Shown here in pieces: positions 11,514 to 21,384 of a stretch of DNA of 64,000 nt; the first letter of the stretch is position 1, and each line of letters begins with the position of its first letter. Location of the stretch: IMG/VR virus record IMGVR_UViG_3300029305_004678, positions 64,001 through 128,000 of that record. One strand, 5' to 3'. Both the position numbers and the translations under genes were made by a program. This stretch comes from a virus (taxonomy: Duplodnaviria; Caudoviricetes). The notes under the pieces are model-generated. The model saw only the letters and a program-made list of their open reading frames with translations, was not told where the DNA came from and searched no databases.

Positions 11514-11861
11514 TCATTCATTCTCAGAATCGGAATAATCTCCATACTGGAATCCACCAGTAACAGTATTCTTAAATTTAATAGTTCTAGCAAAGAGCTG
11601 ATTAGAACCAGTGGCTGCAGCACCAGAAAGAGCACCACATATAAATGCCTGTAGAGGGTCTGTAATTGTTTCAGAAAGACCAGCAGGATATACATAGAAC
11701 AATAAAATTGCAAGCAATCCGCCGATGAGAAGGCATATATGAGGAATAAGGTCTCTATAACCTTCTGCTTTAATCTTAACCATGATTTTCTTAGCTATTT
11801 CTGCAAGAATGTAAGTTACGATTAAAATGAATAAATTAAAGTAAGCATTCATCTTATGCAT
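11514..11861 (-). CDS. Phage holin (Firmicutes type, 3 TM)
   Basis: IPHICLLIGGLLAILLFY...AFICGALSGAAATGSNQLF is typical of Clostridia phage holins; late promoter at 11878-11890. Confidence 0.75.
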   Translation of the reverse strand: MHKMNAYFNLFILIVTYILAEIAKKIMVKIKAEGYRDLIPHICLLIGGLLAILLFYVYPAGLSETITDPLQAFICGALSGAAATGSNQLFARTIKFKNTVTGGFQYGDYSDSENE

Positions 11862-11896
11862 CTCCTTAGAAAAATATTTATTAATATGTTTTAAAA

Positions 11897-11932
11897 TTAA
11901 TCGAGTATGGTAAATAAACCATACTCGATTAA
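11897..11932. terminator. Hairpin terminator downstream of the RNAP beta gene
   Basis: Perfect inverted repeat TTAATCGAGTATGGT / ACCATACTCGATTAA. Confidence 0.6.
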
Positions 11933-12042
11933 TAATTTATTTAATTAATAGCAATATAGACACAATTATAGGAATTAGGACAAATAATACCAATACAGCT
12001 CTAGAGATTGTATGCTTATCCATTTTTATTTTCTTTCTTCTT

Positions 12043-15000
12043 TTACTCATTGTACATATCCTCCAAATATTTTGGCTCAATACCCATAATATCCTTTACC
12101 TGTCTATCGAGTTCTATCATAGCTTTATTTATAGCTCCAGATACCCAAACAGATGTGACCATTCGAGCATTGAAAGAACGAGCTGCAAACAAAGCATGAA
12201 TGTTCTCATCAGGATGATATTCAGAGAAAGGCTCTTTTCCTTCAGGGAAAATATTTTTAACAACACCTTTATTGGCTGATTGGGCGACGCACTTATCTCC
12301 AACAGAAAGCATATCATTATACTTGATATAGAATACAATCATAACACCATCTATAGTATTTTTCATAATACCAGTGGTATCCATTTTGTAGTCAGGATCG
12401 AGTATATTTGCTCCATCGGCATTGTATTTCTTATACAATGCTTTTCGCCTCTTAATATCTTTCTCATATTCTACTACAATCTTACTCAGACTTTCAGACA
12501 TATCTTCAATCTCACAAGTTCTATAGATCTTGATATCCTGAATAGTTCCGGTATATTTACTCTTGAGCCTAATGCGTCCAAGATCAGAGACAAATTCAGG
12601 ATCAGTAATATTCTTCAAAAGAAGGTTAGCATCCTTCTCATCAAATGCATTCTGGAATATGATTAAAGGATCACCTTCTTGTATATACTGACCTACTTTT
12701 ACTAAAGAATATACATTAGCATTCTTTGAAATAGTGACGTCTTTCTGAACTACAACGTCGGTAGCCATAGCAGAAGAAAGCCAACTAGAAACTGATGTGG
12801 AATCTTCAAATCCTTCATCAGTATTCAATATTGCAACCTTAGCTAAAACACCTAAGTTATAAGCAAGATTATCACTTTCGCCAACAGAATTAGAATACGA
12901 TGTTTTATCATATGCTACTATATCATCTTTCTTAAACCTATCTCCAGCTTTAAGATCTGTATCTAGCTTAAGAGTAATATAGAAGCCGCCATCAGAATTC
13001 TTTTTAACCTGTTCTCTAAGATCTATTAATTCATTTGTAATTCCTGTACTACCACCAATAGCTGCTGTATATACAGAATTATCATAATGAATGACCATAA
13101 AATCTTTAGTAACTTCCAATACTTCTCCATTTTCTTTTGCCTTAAATGCAAACGTATCAGAAGATATATATGGCATAGCCTCATCTGCACCATTAGTAAT
13201 TAACAGAGGCATAGATTTAGCTGTACGCATAGAGTGCTTGGATGTCTGAATAAATGTCATTGCGGACCTGAAGGGATCGTCATGGCTTGTTCCGAATGGT
13301 GTTACTGCTTCACTCATACTCAGAGTCTTAGAGACGGACATATCGTCAGGATTGGTCTGCTTTATATATCCACGTATGCCAGCAACATCCATATCAATAG
13401 TAGTCTGTCTATTGATACCAACATTAGCAGCAAAACCTGTAGACATAGCAAGCTTATTAATCATAGAATCATCATATGTACGCTTATCAAGACTATAAGA
13501 TCTATCAGAGTTCATGCCAGAGAGACCTTTAAAGGAAACCGAGTTATTTGCTTCTATCTCAAGCAAAGGATTAAGAATAGAAAGATCAGAAGACATAGGA
13601 TCAGACATAATACCATCAATAACAGCACTACGCTTCATACTAATACCAACTTTTCTTCCATGCTTAACCTGAGATTTATAATCAGCATATGCTTTAGTAA
13701 TAGCCTTATAGAAATAACCAGCAATAATTTCACTTGTTCTATATCTATTACCGGAAATATCTGTATGACGATTATACTTGTTATCTGCTAAAAGATTATT
13801 AGCATACATAAGCATATCGAAATAATTGGAAGGAATTCTACAATCTCTACAGACTTCTGCAGTAATCGGATCTATAAATAGATCTGCGAAGTTATCAAGA
13901 CCGTCAGATAGAATTCTACCACCAAATTCATCCAAGAAATCTAACCACATAGATCTCTTATTAAGATCTTCAAGAGAATATGTCTCAGTAGGACAAACTG
14001 AAAGACCATTTAAGAGCATAGATGTAGCATAATTTACTGGATATCTGATATAGCCATCTGAGAATCTTATAATAGCCTCGGTATCAGGATTGAAGCTCTT
14101 TTTATCATCACTTCTATATTCTCCAGAAATGCCACAAAGTTTCATAACTCCATCCATACCAAGAGAATACCCAATAACAACAACCAGAGGTATTCTATTA
14201 GCCATAACGCTAGCTTCAGAATAATTTAATCTAGTAGCGGATTTTTGAGCTTTAAATAAATCATCAAATTTTATCGACATTGAGGATATTTCATCAGCGA
14301 TCACATAGCTTAACATAGCAGATTGATCTTTATAATATCTCACAGAGCTATCAATTTTATTTATAGCATATGGAATACCGTTTTTCTTATCTGCATCAAA
14401 TTTAGTGTAATATATATCCTGATCAAAATAGTATATTGCTTCTTCGGTTTCTATTCTCATTACATTCTTCGCCACATCTATATAGTCTGTAGGAAGCTCA
14501 TGCTTAGAACAGATAGCACCATTATCGCCAAACACTATCTTTATATCAGAACCATTATACTTACGTAAAGCCTTAATCAATCTATCAGAAGTTGGATAAG
14601 ATCTTCCCTCTAATCCTTTACGTCTGATAAATATCTTGTTATAGTTACTGACACACTGTACAGTGTCCTCATCAGTTTTAAGACAAGGCAATAATAGTAG
14701 CTGACCAGAAACAACTTTCTCATTACCTCTTAATCTCATAAATCTATGATTTATTAATTTAGGTATATCGAATACCAATGTAGATCTCTTTCCATATCCA
14801 TCTTCAGTTACTACAGTATAAGTATAGAGATAATCCATATTATTAGATGTATCCTCAATATTAATATCTACAACAGAGATAGGATATGACTTATTAGCAA
14901 ATGAATGGATAATTTTAATTATATCATTATTTGCATCATAAGCAGCATTAAAGTTAATAAACTTTATGTCATCCCATTCTTCATTTATAGAAGATATATT

Positions 15001-15822
15001 GAGGTGCTTTGAGGGGATAGGAATTTCACTAGTTTTATATACAATATCGCTTATTTTAGTATCGCCAAGCTTTTTATCAAGGAATTCATCATTAAGTTTG
15101 GCTATACGACTAGTACGTGCATTATTAAACTGAGGTTTACCATCATCCTCTTCTTCGAGATCGAGAATAATCTGTTTAATATATTCATCTTCTTCTATAG
15201 CAGACCATGCTTCATCCTCATTCTCCGCATCCTCTGCAGCATTAGCTATCGCTGCTACCAGTTCCTGTTTCTTATCATCTCTTTCAGATTTCTTACTTTC
15301 AAATGTATCAGATACTACATCCTTAACAGGAGACTTCAATCCAGAAACATTAGTAAAATGAGGAATAGAATGCTGAACTAATGTATTTAATAAGAATTCG
15401 ACAGTTCTGAATTCAGAAGATTTATAATCATCTGCATATAAACTAAACGATTCTCTATTATCATTATAAAAAATAAATACGATATTAGAGAACTGCCTTT
15501 TAAATTCATCCGGATTAGATTTAATATAACGGCAGATAGTGCCTAATGGTGTCTTAGACTCTATCAGTCTATTAGTACCCTTTCTATACCATTTAGATAC
15601 AGGTATATAGATGATTCTCTTGGAATAATTACTAACCTCTTTACAAGTTAAAGCTAATAATTTCATAAAAGAAGAATCTTCTAATTTTTGATACTGCTTG
15701 GTATCGATTATAGCACCACGACCATCAAGTTCTTTTATACTGTCGGTTGTGGCTTTGATACCCCTTTTCTTTAATTTAGAATCTATTTCTTGAGTTAATG
15801 CATTTTCATTAAAATAATTCAT
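12043..15822 (-). CDS. Phage multisubunit RNA polymerase beta subunit (large fragment, probably virion RNAP, phiKZ gp178-like) with N-terminal extension
   Basis: RpoB motifs FDIPKL...LRGNEKVVSGQL, PFGTSHDDPFRSAM...Q, GFEDS, VGDKCVAQSANKGVV...NARM; extreme C-terminal beta region missing as in split phage RNAPs; late promoter at 15844-15856. Confidence 0.9.
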   Translation of the reverse strand: MNYFNENALTQEIDSKLKKRGIKATTDSIKELDGRGAIIDTKQYQKLEDSSFMKLLALTCKEVSNYSKRIIYIPVSKWYRKGTNRLIESKTPLGTICRYIKSNPDEFKRQFSNIVFIFYNDNRESFSLYADDYKSSEFRTVEFLLNTLVQHSIPHFTNVSGLKSPVKDVVSDTFESKKSERDDKKQELVAAIANAAEDAENEDEAWSAIEEDEYIKQIILDLEEEDDGKPQFNNARTSRIAKLNDEFLDKKLGDTKISDIVYKTSEIPIPSKHLNISSINEEWDDIKFINFNAAYDANNDIIKIIHSFANKSYPISVVDINIEDTSNNMDYLYTYTVVTEDGYGKRSTLVFDIPKLINHRFMRLRGNEKVVSGQLLLLPCLKTDEDTVQCVSNYNKIFIRRKGLEGRSYPTSDRLIKALRKYNGSDIKIVFGDNGAICSKHELPTDYIDVAKNVMRIETEEAIYYFDQDIYYTKFDADKKNGIPYAINKIDSSVRYYKDQSAMLSYVIADEISSMSIKFDDLFKAQKSATRLNYSEASVMANRIPLVVVIGYSLGMDGVMKLCGISGEYRSDDKKSFNPDTEAIIRFSDGYIRYPVNYATSMLLNGLSVCPTETYSLEDLNKRSMWLDFLDEFGGRILSDGLDNFADLFIDPITAEVCRDCRIPSNYFDMLMYANNLLADNKYNRHTDISGNRYRTSEIIAGYFYKAITKAYADYKSQVKHGRKVGISMKRSAVIDGIMSDPMSSDLSILNPLLEIEANNSVSFKGLSGMNSDRSYSLDKRTYDDSMINKLAMSTGFAANVGINRQTTIDMDVAGIRGYIKQTNPDDMSVSKTLSMSEAVTPFGTSHDDPFRSAMTFIQTSKHSMRTAKSMPLLITNGADEAMPYISSDTFAFKAKENGEVLEVTKDFMVIHYDNSVYTAAIGGSTGITNELIDLREQVKKNSDGGFYITLKLDTDLKAGDRFKKDDIVAYDKTSYSNSVGESDNLAYNLGVLAKVAILNTDEGFEDSTSVSSWLSSAMATDVVVQKDVTISKNANVYSLVKVGQYIQEGDPLIIFQNAFDEKDANLLLKNITDPEFVSDLGRIRLKSKYTGTIQDIKIYRTCEIEDMSESLSKIVVEYEKDIKRRKALYKKYNADGANILDPDYKMDTTGIMKNTIDGVMIVFYIKYNDMLSVGDKCVAQSANKGVVKNIFPEGKEPFSEYHPDENIHALFAARSFNARMVTSVWVSGAINKAMIELDRQVKDIMGIEPKYLEDMYNE

Positions 15823-15950
15823 AGGACAATGCCTCCTTATTATTTATTTATTTGTTCATCTATAAGAAAAATATAAGTATCAGCAGAAATGGGTAGGATG
15901 GTTTCCATCCTACCCACTCCTTTTATATATTAATTTTATTTATGTTTGAT

Positions 15951-16532
15951 TTATACAAACGTTATATTTTCGAAATAATTATGGAATCCTATATTAAATG
16001 ATTCCTCATAAGGTTTTAGGTTCTTATAGAATCTGGAGAAGTCTTTTCCTTCAGAACCTAGTTTAAATCTCTTGGGCTGATCGGAAGCTCTATAATAGGC
16101 AGCCTCCCACTGTAACCAAGATCTATTTCTGTGCTTATCATCATGACAAGCCCATACTAAAGTAGAATGGAATTTTCTACAGTAACCTAAAATGATTCGT
16201 CTATCGAGCTCATCGAATTCTCTCAAGGCGAATTTTTTGGTGATTGGTTGGAAGCTTACGCCTCCATCAACGTGGAGAATTATTGGAATATAATTTCCTG
16301 ATTTAGGTAATTTTACATACAAGAATGAGTCTCTTCTTGTTTGTACAGATCCAATCTGTTTCGTGATATAGAGTTCGTAATGATCGATCTCTTTAATATC
16401 TTCGAACTTTCTAGTTCTTACATCTGTTTCCTCTCGAGCATATGCTCTAGGAATTAATATAGGATATCCTTCAAATTCAGATTCGGATACCATTTCATTC
16501 AATACTGCCATATAATTATTCTTATAAATCAT
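15951..16532 (-). CDS. Hypothetical protein ending in ES-x-IGF...FENITFV
   Basis: ORF with AAAGGAG RBS; C-terminus resembles the tag in the ORFs at 37789, 38982 and 41141. Confidence 0.7.
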   Translation of the reverse strand: MIYKNNYMAVLNEMVSESEFEGYPILIPRAYAREETDVRTRKFEDIKEIDHYELYITKQIGSVQTRRDSFLYVKLPKSGNYIPIILHVDGGVSFQPITKKFALREFDELDRRIILGYCRKFHSTLVWACHDDKHRNRSWLQWEAAYYRASDQPKRFKLGSEGKDFSRFYKNLKPYEESFNIGFHNYFENITFV

Positions 16533-16537
16533 TATTA

Positions 16538-16612
16538 TTATCTCCTTTCATCAGCAGTATATATGAAATTTAATTTTAATGAGGGTCTTGCAAAAAATAA
16601 ATGCAAAACCAT
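16538..16612 (-). CDS. Putative 24-aa leader peptide (MVLHLFFARPSLKLNFIYTADERR)
   Basis: Perfect RBS GAAAGGAGG 9 nt before ATG at 16612; stop lies just before the next gene's start. Confidence 0.4.
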   Translation of the reverse strand: MVLHLFFARPSLKLNFIYTADERR

Positions 16613-16761
16613 TACAAGACACCTCCTTTCTACATATATACTATACAATCGAAGGGGATAATAATTTCATATAAATAAGGCATTAAGATAAATTGCCTAT
16701 CTAGAACATTCTAATAAATACTTTTTATAAGTATTCAATCTATTTTGGAGGTAAAAATATT

Positions 16762-17454
16762 ATGACTATTAAGCAGAAACAATGGCAGCTTTATTATCTT
16801 GCATACTATGGTGGAGACATCGATGGTATCTGGGGTCCTATGTCTGAAGCTGCAACAATTGCTTTCCAAAAAGATAATGGTCTTGATCCTGATGGTATTT
16901 ATGGACCTCTTACAGAAAACAAATCTATTGAGGTTATTAAGGCTATTCAGGAAGTAGTCGGATCCTATGCAGATGGCTTAGCTGGTAATAATACTAAGAA
17001 TGCTACAGCAGTATGGCAGAGAGATCATGGCCTTGATGCTGATGGTATTGCTGGTCCTATCACTAGAGCCAAGATTCAGGAAGTTCTTGAAGACGAAGAT
17101 CAGTCCTGGTGGGATGATATTAAATACTTCGATAAGTCCGAATTTAAATGTAAGTGTGGTGGAAGATATTGTAACGGTTTCCCCTATAATCCTAAGAAGA
17201 AGTTAGTTCAGACAGCTGATAGGGTTAGAGAGTACTTTGGATCTCCTGCAATAATTTCTAGTGGTGTAAGATGCGAAGTTCATAATGCCAACGTTGGTGG
17301 TGTTTCTAATAGCTTACATATGTATGGTAAGGCTATGGACTTCTGTGTATCTGGTAAGAGAGCGCAGGAAGTTCTCAATTATGTACTTAAGCAGCCTGAA
17401 ATTAATTATGCATATATCATAGATGCAAATTATGTCCATATAGACATACTGTAA
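16762..17454 (+). CDS. Endolysin-type protein: peptidoglycan-binding domains plus Peptidase M15A (Zn peptidase)
   Basis: DGIWGP/DGIYGP/DGIAGP PG-binding repeats; EFKCKCGG...SGVRC..HNANVGG..NSLHMYGKAMD...YVHID. Confidence 0.9.
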   Translation: MTIKQKQWQLYYLAYYGGDIDGIWGPMSEAATIAFQKDNGLDPDGIYGPLTENKSIEVIKAIQEVVGSYADGLAGNNTKNATAVWQRDHGLDADGIAGPITRAKIQEVLEDEDQSWWDDIKYFDKSEFKCKCGGRYCNGFPYNPKKKLVQTADRVREYFGSPAIISSGVRCEVHNANVGGVSNSLHMYGKAMDFCVSGKRAQEVLNYVLKQPEINYAYIIDANYVHIDIL

Positions 17455-17494
17455 ATAAAATAAGGGATGGAGAAATTCTCCATCCCTTAATAGT

Positions 17495-19570
17495 TTATCC
17501 GCCTATCTTCCATTTAGTACCATCAAATAGTCTAGGAAGAACCTGTCTCCATTTAGTACCATCAAATACCCATACTAGGCACTTTTTCCATAAATTATTA
17601 GCGTTTACCCCAATTAAACCTTTTGCTTTATATATAGCATATAAAATAATACTAGATGTGGGTGTATAGTTATATCCTCCAGCATATTCAGATCCAGTAC
17701 CACTCTTAGCTGTATTCCAGCTTATAAAGTCATATCCCTTTCGAGTAATATTACTTGCTGTAGGTAAAATTACACTTTCAGTCCTAGTAGAACTATTCCA
17801 GTTAGCATATAGTGTAGTAGCGGAAGTGAATGCGCTAGATTTAGTATATTCTGTTCCAGTACCGTTATTTCCAGAGAACCAACCATCAAATGAATATGAT
17901 GTGATCTTATTAGCACTCTTACTGCCTACAGAGCAAGTACCACCATTTCCATTAAATGTTACAGTATAAGTATCATCTACAACATCTGATTTAGATAGAG
18001 ACCACCAATTATTACTGCTAATTACATTATTAGAATACGTATAATTATAGCTATATATTGCATATAGGCTCAGACTTCCAGTTAGTTTATAGGATCCTCC
18101 AGCATTATAAGATGTACCCGAACCATCTGGCTTGGTATTCCATCCAGTAAAAGTAAATACTTGAGTCCTTGTAGCAGTTTGAACAATATCAGATGCTCCA
18201 TTATTTGACTTACCAGTTATATTGAAATTAGTATTTACACTGCTTCTACTTACCTTATCTGATGCTGGTAATATCATACTTTCTGTATCTGTAGAACTAT
18301 TCCAATCAGCATATATTGTAGTAGCAGAAGTAAACGCACTATTACTATTGTACTTGGTGCCTAAGCCGCCATTATTAGCATACCATCCATCAAAAGAATA
18401 AGAAGTTATATTTCTAGAACTAAGACTACTTACAGAGCAACTACCTCCATTGCCATTAAATGTGGCATTATAAGTAGCATTCACTACAGCATCTCGAGCT
18501 ATAGACCACCATGTATTACTACTAATTACATTATTTGAATAAGCATAGCTAGAATTATATATAGCATATAAAGTTATATTACCATCTAAATTATATGCCC
18601 CTCCAGCATAATAAGTTGTACCAGAACCATCTGGTTTAGTATTCCAAGTAGTAAATGTAAAATTTTCTGTTCTTGTAGCTGTTTGTATTATATCAGATTT
18701 CCCATTATTGGGCTTACCTGTTATATTGAAATTCGTATTTACACTACTCTTAGAAGGAGTATTAGTAGAGTCACTCGGAAGAGTAAGAGATATACCTTCC
18801 CATTTTGTTAATGCTTTGGCACTCCCGCTGGAAAATGATCCACCATTTCCATTCAATGTTATAGTATAAGGTAGAGAATAGTTTGCTGTAATACTCATAG
18901 ATGTTATGCTTAAATAATCATAGCTATACCAGTATTTAGTACCATCAGCAGCAGCTGATCCATCGTAATATTTATTGGTTTCATCAGCATTATAGAATAC
19001 TATTGTATCATTACCAGCTTCTATATATTCTTTTAAATGACTGAAAAGATCTGGATAGGAAGATTCGGTAAGAGTATATGTAGCTGTTGTATTCCGAAAA
19101 GTTCCTGAAAGAATACCTAAAATATCACTATCATAATCGTAACAAGTCTTTCCAGGGTCTGGATTAACAATCTTCTGTGCATACGTATCTGCAGCAGGTG
19201 TTGTTCCAACAGCACCAAATCCAGCATAATCTCGAGGTGTTTTAGAAGTATTTATTCCACCCTGCACATGAGATTTTCTAAGAATTAATTTTTTATTTAC
19301 AGATGCACCAGCACTGCTAAAAGTAATACTTAAATTTATAGAATTAATCTTGGTTCCTTTTAAAGCGCTTAGACCAGTAAAGCTTATAACACCTATACGC
19401 TGCTGCCATGACATAGGATCAGGGGATTCGCTACCTGCATATTTTCCTTGAAATGCCTGATCCATATCACGCCAAGTATTATTTGCCCATGCATAACAGC
19501 CAGGATAACCAGGCCAGCCTGTATTAATTTTTGTTTTATCTGCACTAACGGTATAACTATATTGACTCAT
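17495..19570 (-). CDS. Virion surface/tail protein with InlB B-repeat (Listeria-Bacteroides repeat) domains
   Basis: Repeated TFNGNGG...F-x-GWNTKPDGSGT-x-Y...TLYA motifs; ~500-bp internal tandem duplication; C-terminal WVFDGTKW repeats; late promoter at 19593-19605. Confidence 0.8.
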   Translation of the reverse strand: MSQYSYTVSADKTKINTGWPGYPGCYAWANNTWRDMDQAFQGKYAGSESPDPMSWQQRIGVISFTGLSALKGTKINSINLSITFSSAGASVNKKLILRKSHVQGGINTSKTPRDYAGFGAVGTTPAADTYAQKIVNPDPGKTCYDYDSDILGILSGTFRNTTATYTLTESSYPDLFSHLKEYIEAGNDTIVFYNADETNKYYDGSAAADGTKYWYSYDYLSITSMSITANYSLPYTITLNGNGGSFSSGSAKALTKWEGISLTLPSDSTNTPSKSSVNTNFNITGKPNNGKSDIIQTATRTENFTFTTWNTKPDGSGTTYYAGGAYNLDGNITLYAIYNSSYAYSNNVISSNTWWSIARDAVVNATYNATFNGNGGSCSVSSLSSRNITSYSFDGWYANNGGLGTKYNSNSAFTSATTIYADWNSSTDTESMILPASDKVSRSSVNTNFNITGKSNNGASDIVQTATRTQVFTFTGWNTKPDGSGTSYNAGGSYKLTGSLSLYAIYSYNYTYSNNVISSNNWWSLSKSDVVDDTYTVTFNGNGGTCSVGSKSANKITSYSFDGWFSGNNGTGTEYTKSSAFTSATTLYANWNSSTRTESVILPTASNITRKGYDFISWNTAKSGTGSEYAGGYNYTPTSSIILYAIYKAKGLIGVNANNLWKKCLVWVFDGTKWRQVLPRLFDGTKWKIGG

Positions 19571-19633
19571 TATACCATCCTCCTTAATTAATTTAATTAA
19601 ATGTTCATAGAGGGACTTTTAGCCTAATTAATG

Positions 19634-20390
19634 AAAAAAAAAAGAATCCATATGGATGGGGAGCTCTATATGGATTCTTTCTATAGACATAGGAATAGCT
19701 ATATGTAATTCTATTTCATAGTAAGCACATATTATAGTTGTAGAGCTATAAAGATATTGAGATAATGATTTAAATGTCGCATAAAAGTAAGGGGAACTTT
19801 TGATATTTTTATTTTATATCGATATCAAAATACTTTGCTCTACTGGAGGTGCAAAACTATGGATAACTGGGGTGTAGGTAATGGCTAAATACACTTATCT
19901 AGTTATCAGTAGAATTTTATAAATGCATTTCCTAATACTATAAATGATAAGAAGAATTCTAAATGGGCTTGCTTCCCCACAAGCCCTACATTTATTTTTT
20001 TTTAGAAGAATGAGCCACCGGATGAGTACATGTCCGGTGGCTCATCGAGAATAGGTATAGATGTCTTTCGCTAAATTAACAAAATTCTTTCAATCTCATA
20101 TAAAGTAAACACAAACCACAAATGATTACAATATACTTGTACTACATTATTGCTTGGTGAAGAATGATAATAGAAAATAGATTTATACTATTGGAACAGA
20201 TTTACTTATTATGTAGTACCGAGATTGTATATTAGTATAATACCATTTAGGTAAGGAGAATGAATAACCTAAAATAATTCTTATACTAATATAATTTTGG
20301 ATGAGACCGCGCTATACCCATAACTCGCAGGAGAGTAGAAAGAAGAATAAATATTTTGTGTTGTTTTACAAAACATCTATTTTCTTCATC
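19634..20390. ncRNA. Candidate large structured non-coding RNA locus (strand unresolved)
   Basis: No ORF over 60 aa in ~925 bp; at least 9 hairpins plus nested long-range stems; opposed terminator-like hairpins at 19634-19680 (minus) and 19965-20003 (plus). Confidence 0.5.
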
Positions 20391-20496
20391 GCAATTATAT
20401 CTAAAGGAAATTTGATAATATTACGATTTATAACTAATCCTTGCTTTAAGTAATTATTTCAACATTTAAATAAATTAATCCTAGGAGGTTAGTATA

Positions 20497-21342
20497 ATGA
20501 GTGAATCTGGATATACATATTCTGCAACGTCTAGAATTCCTACTAGACCGTTGTCTTACGCTAATAGAAGTCTTGCTCTTCCAAGAGAATTGATATTAGA
20601 TTATGAAAAAGCTAGAATTTATATCTGTAATTTGAGTGGTAAAATTGTTGATATAACTCAGGGTATTCTCGACCAGACAAATACCATGATTGAAGAAAAT
20701 CTTAAGAGTGAAGATACTGCTTCTACTATTAAGAATATAAGTATCGAATTAGAAGATGGCGATACAGTAACTATTGGGTCTGGTATAGTCGAATTATTCT
20801 CTAAAATTACTTCTTTGAATAATATTTATAATGAATATAAAAAAACTACGGATGAAGCTATTAAGAATATTAACGATAGCATGCCCTCTAAGGCAACAGC
20901 TATTCCATTAGCAAGTACAGAGAAAGGATCTGTGGGCACTCAGAGTAAGAAGTTTGCTCTTGAGGATCATGCCCATCCTAAGGGATTAGCAACCATTGCA
21001 GATAGGGCTAATGCTATAGATTGGACTAAGATTGAAAATAAGCCGTTTACATTTCCTCCTGAAGATCACAATCATGATAATGTATACTTTAAGAAAACTG
21101 GAGGTACTGTTGATGGTGATGTTACACTTCCAAATGATAAATCTATAGTCGGAACATTGTTGTCTGGTACTACTGCAAAGATGCTCCGTATGGATACTGA
21201 TGATATTCTACATATAGGTGTTGGAAGTCATCCTATTTTTGCTGATGGAAAATTGATATTGAATTCTGATAATTATGGTACAGCAGAACCTTCTGTTGAG
21301 GGTGCTAAAACTGGTCAGATTTACCTTCAGATAATTGACTAA
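20497..21342 (+). CDS. Tail fibre-related structural protein
   Basis: FALEDHAHP, FPPEDHNHD..Y..KTGGTVDG and YGTAEPS..GAKTGQIYLQI tail-fibre motifs; late promoter at 20461-20473. Confidence 0.7.
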   Translation: MSESGYTYSATSRIPTRPLSYANRSLALPRELILDYEKARIYICNLSGKIVDITQGILDQTNTMIEENLKSEDTASTIKNISIELEDGDTVTIGSGIVELFSKITSLNNIYNEYKKTTDEAIKNINDSMPSKATAIPLASTEKGSVGTQSKKFALEDHAHPKGLATIADRANAIDWTKIENKPFTFPPEDHNHDNVYFKKTGGTVDGDVTLPNDKSIVGTLLSGTTAKMLRMDTDDILHIGVGSHPIFADGKLILNSDNYGTAEPSVEGAKTGQIYLQIID

Positions 21343-21384
21343 AAGAAAAGAGCTAGGAGAAATCTCCTAGCTCTTTATATTATA

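Noticed and set aside
19571-20496. tRNA genes or a group I/II intron in the large intergenic region
   Set aside because: No cloverleaf/TTCGA arm, no P/Q/R/S elements and no domain V recognised by eye
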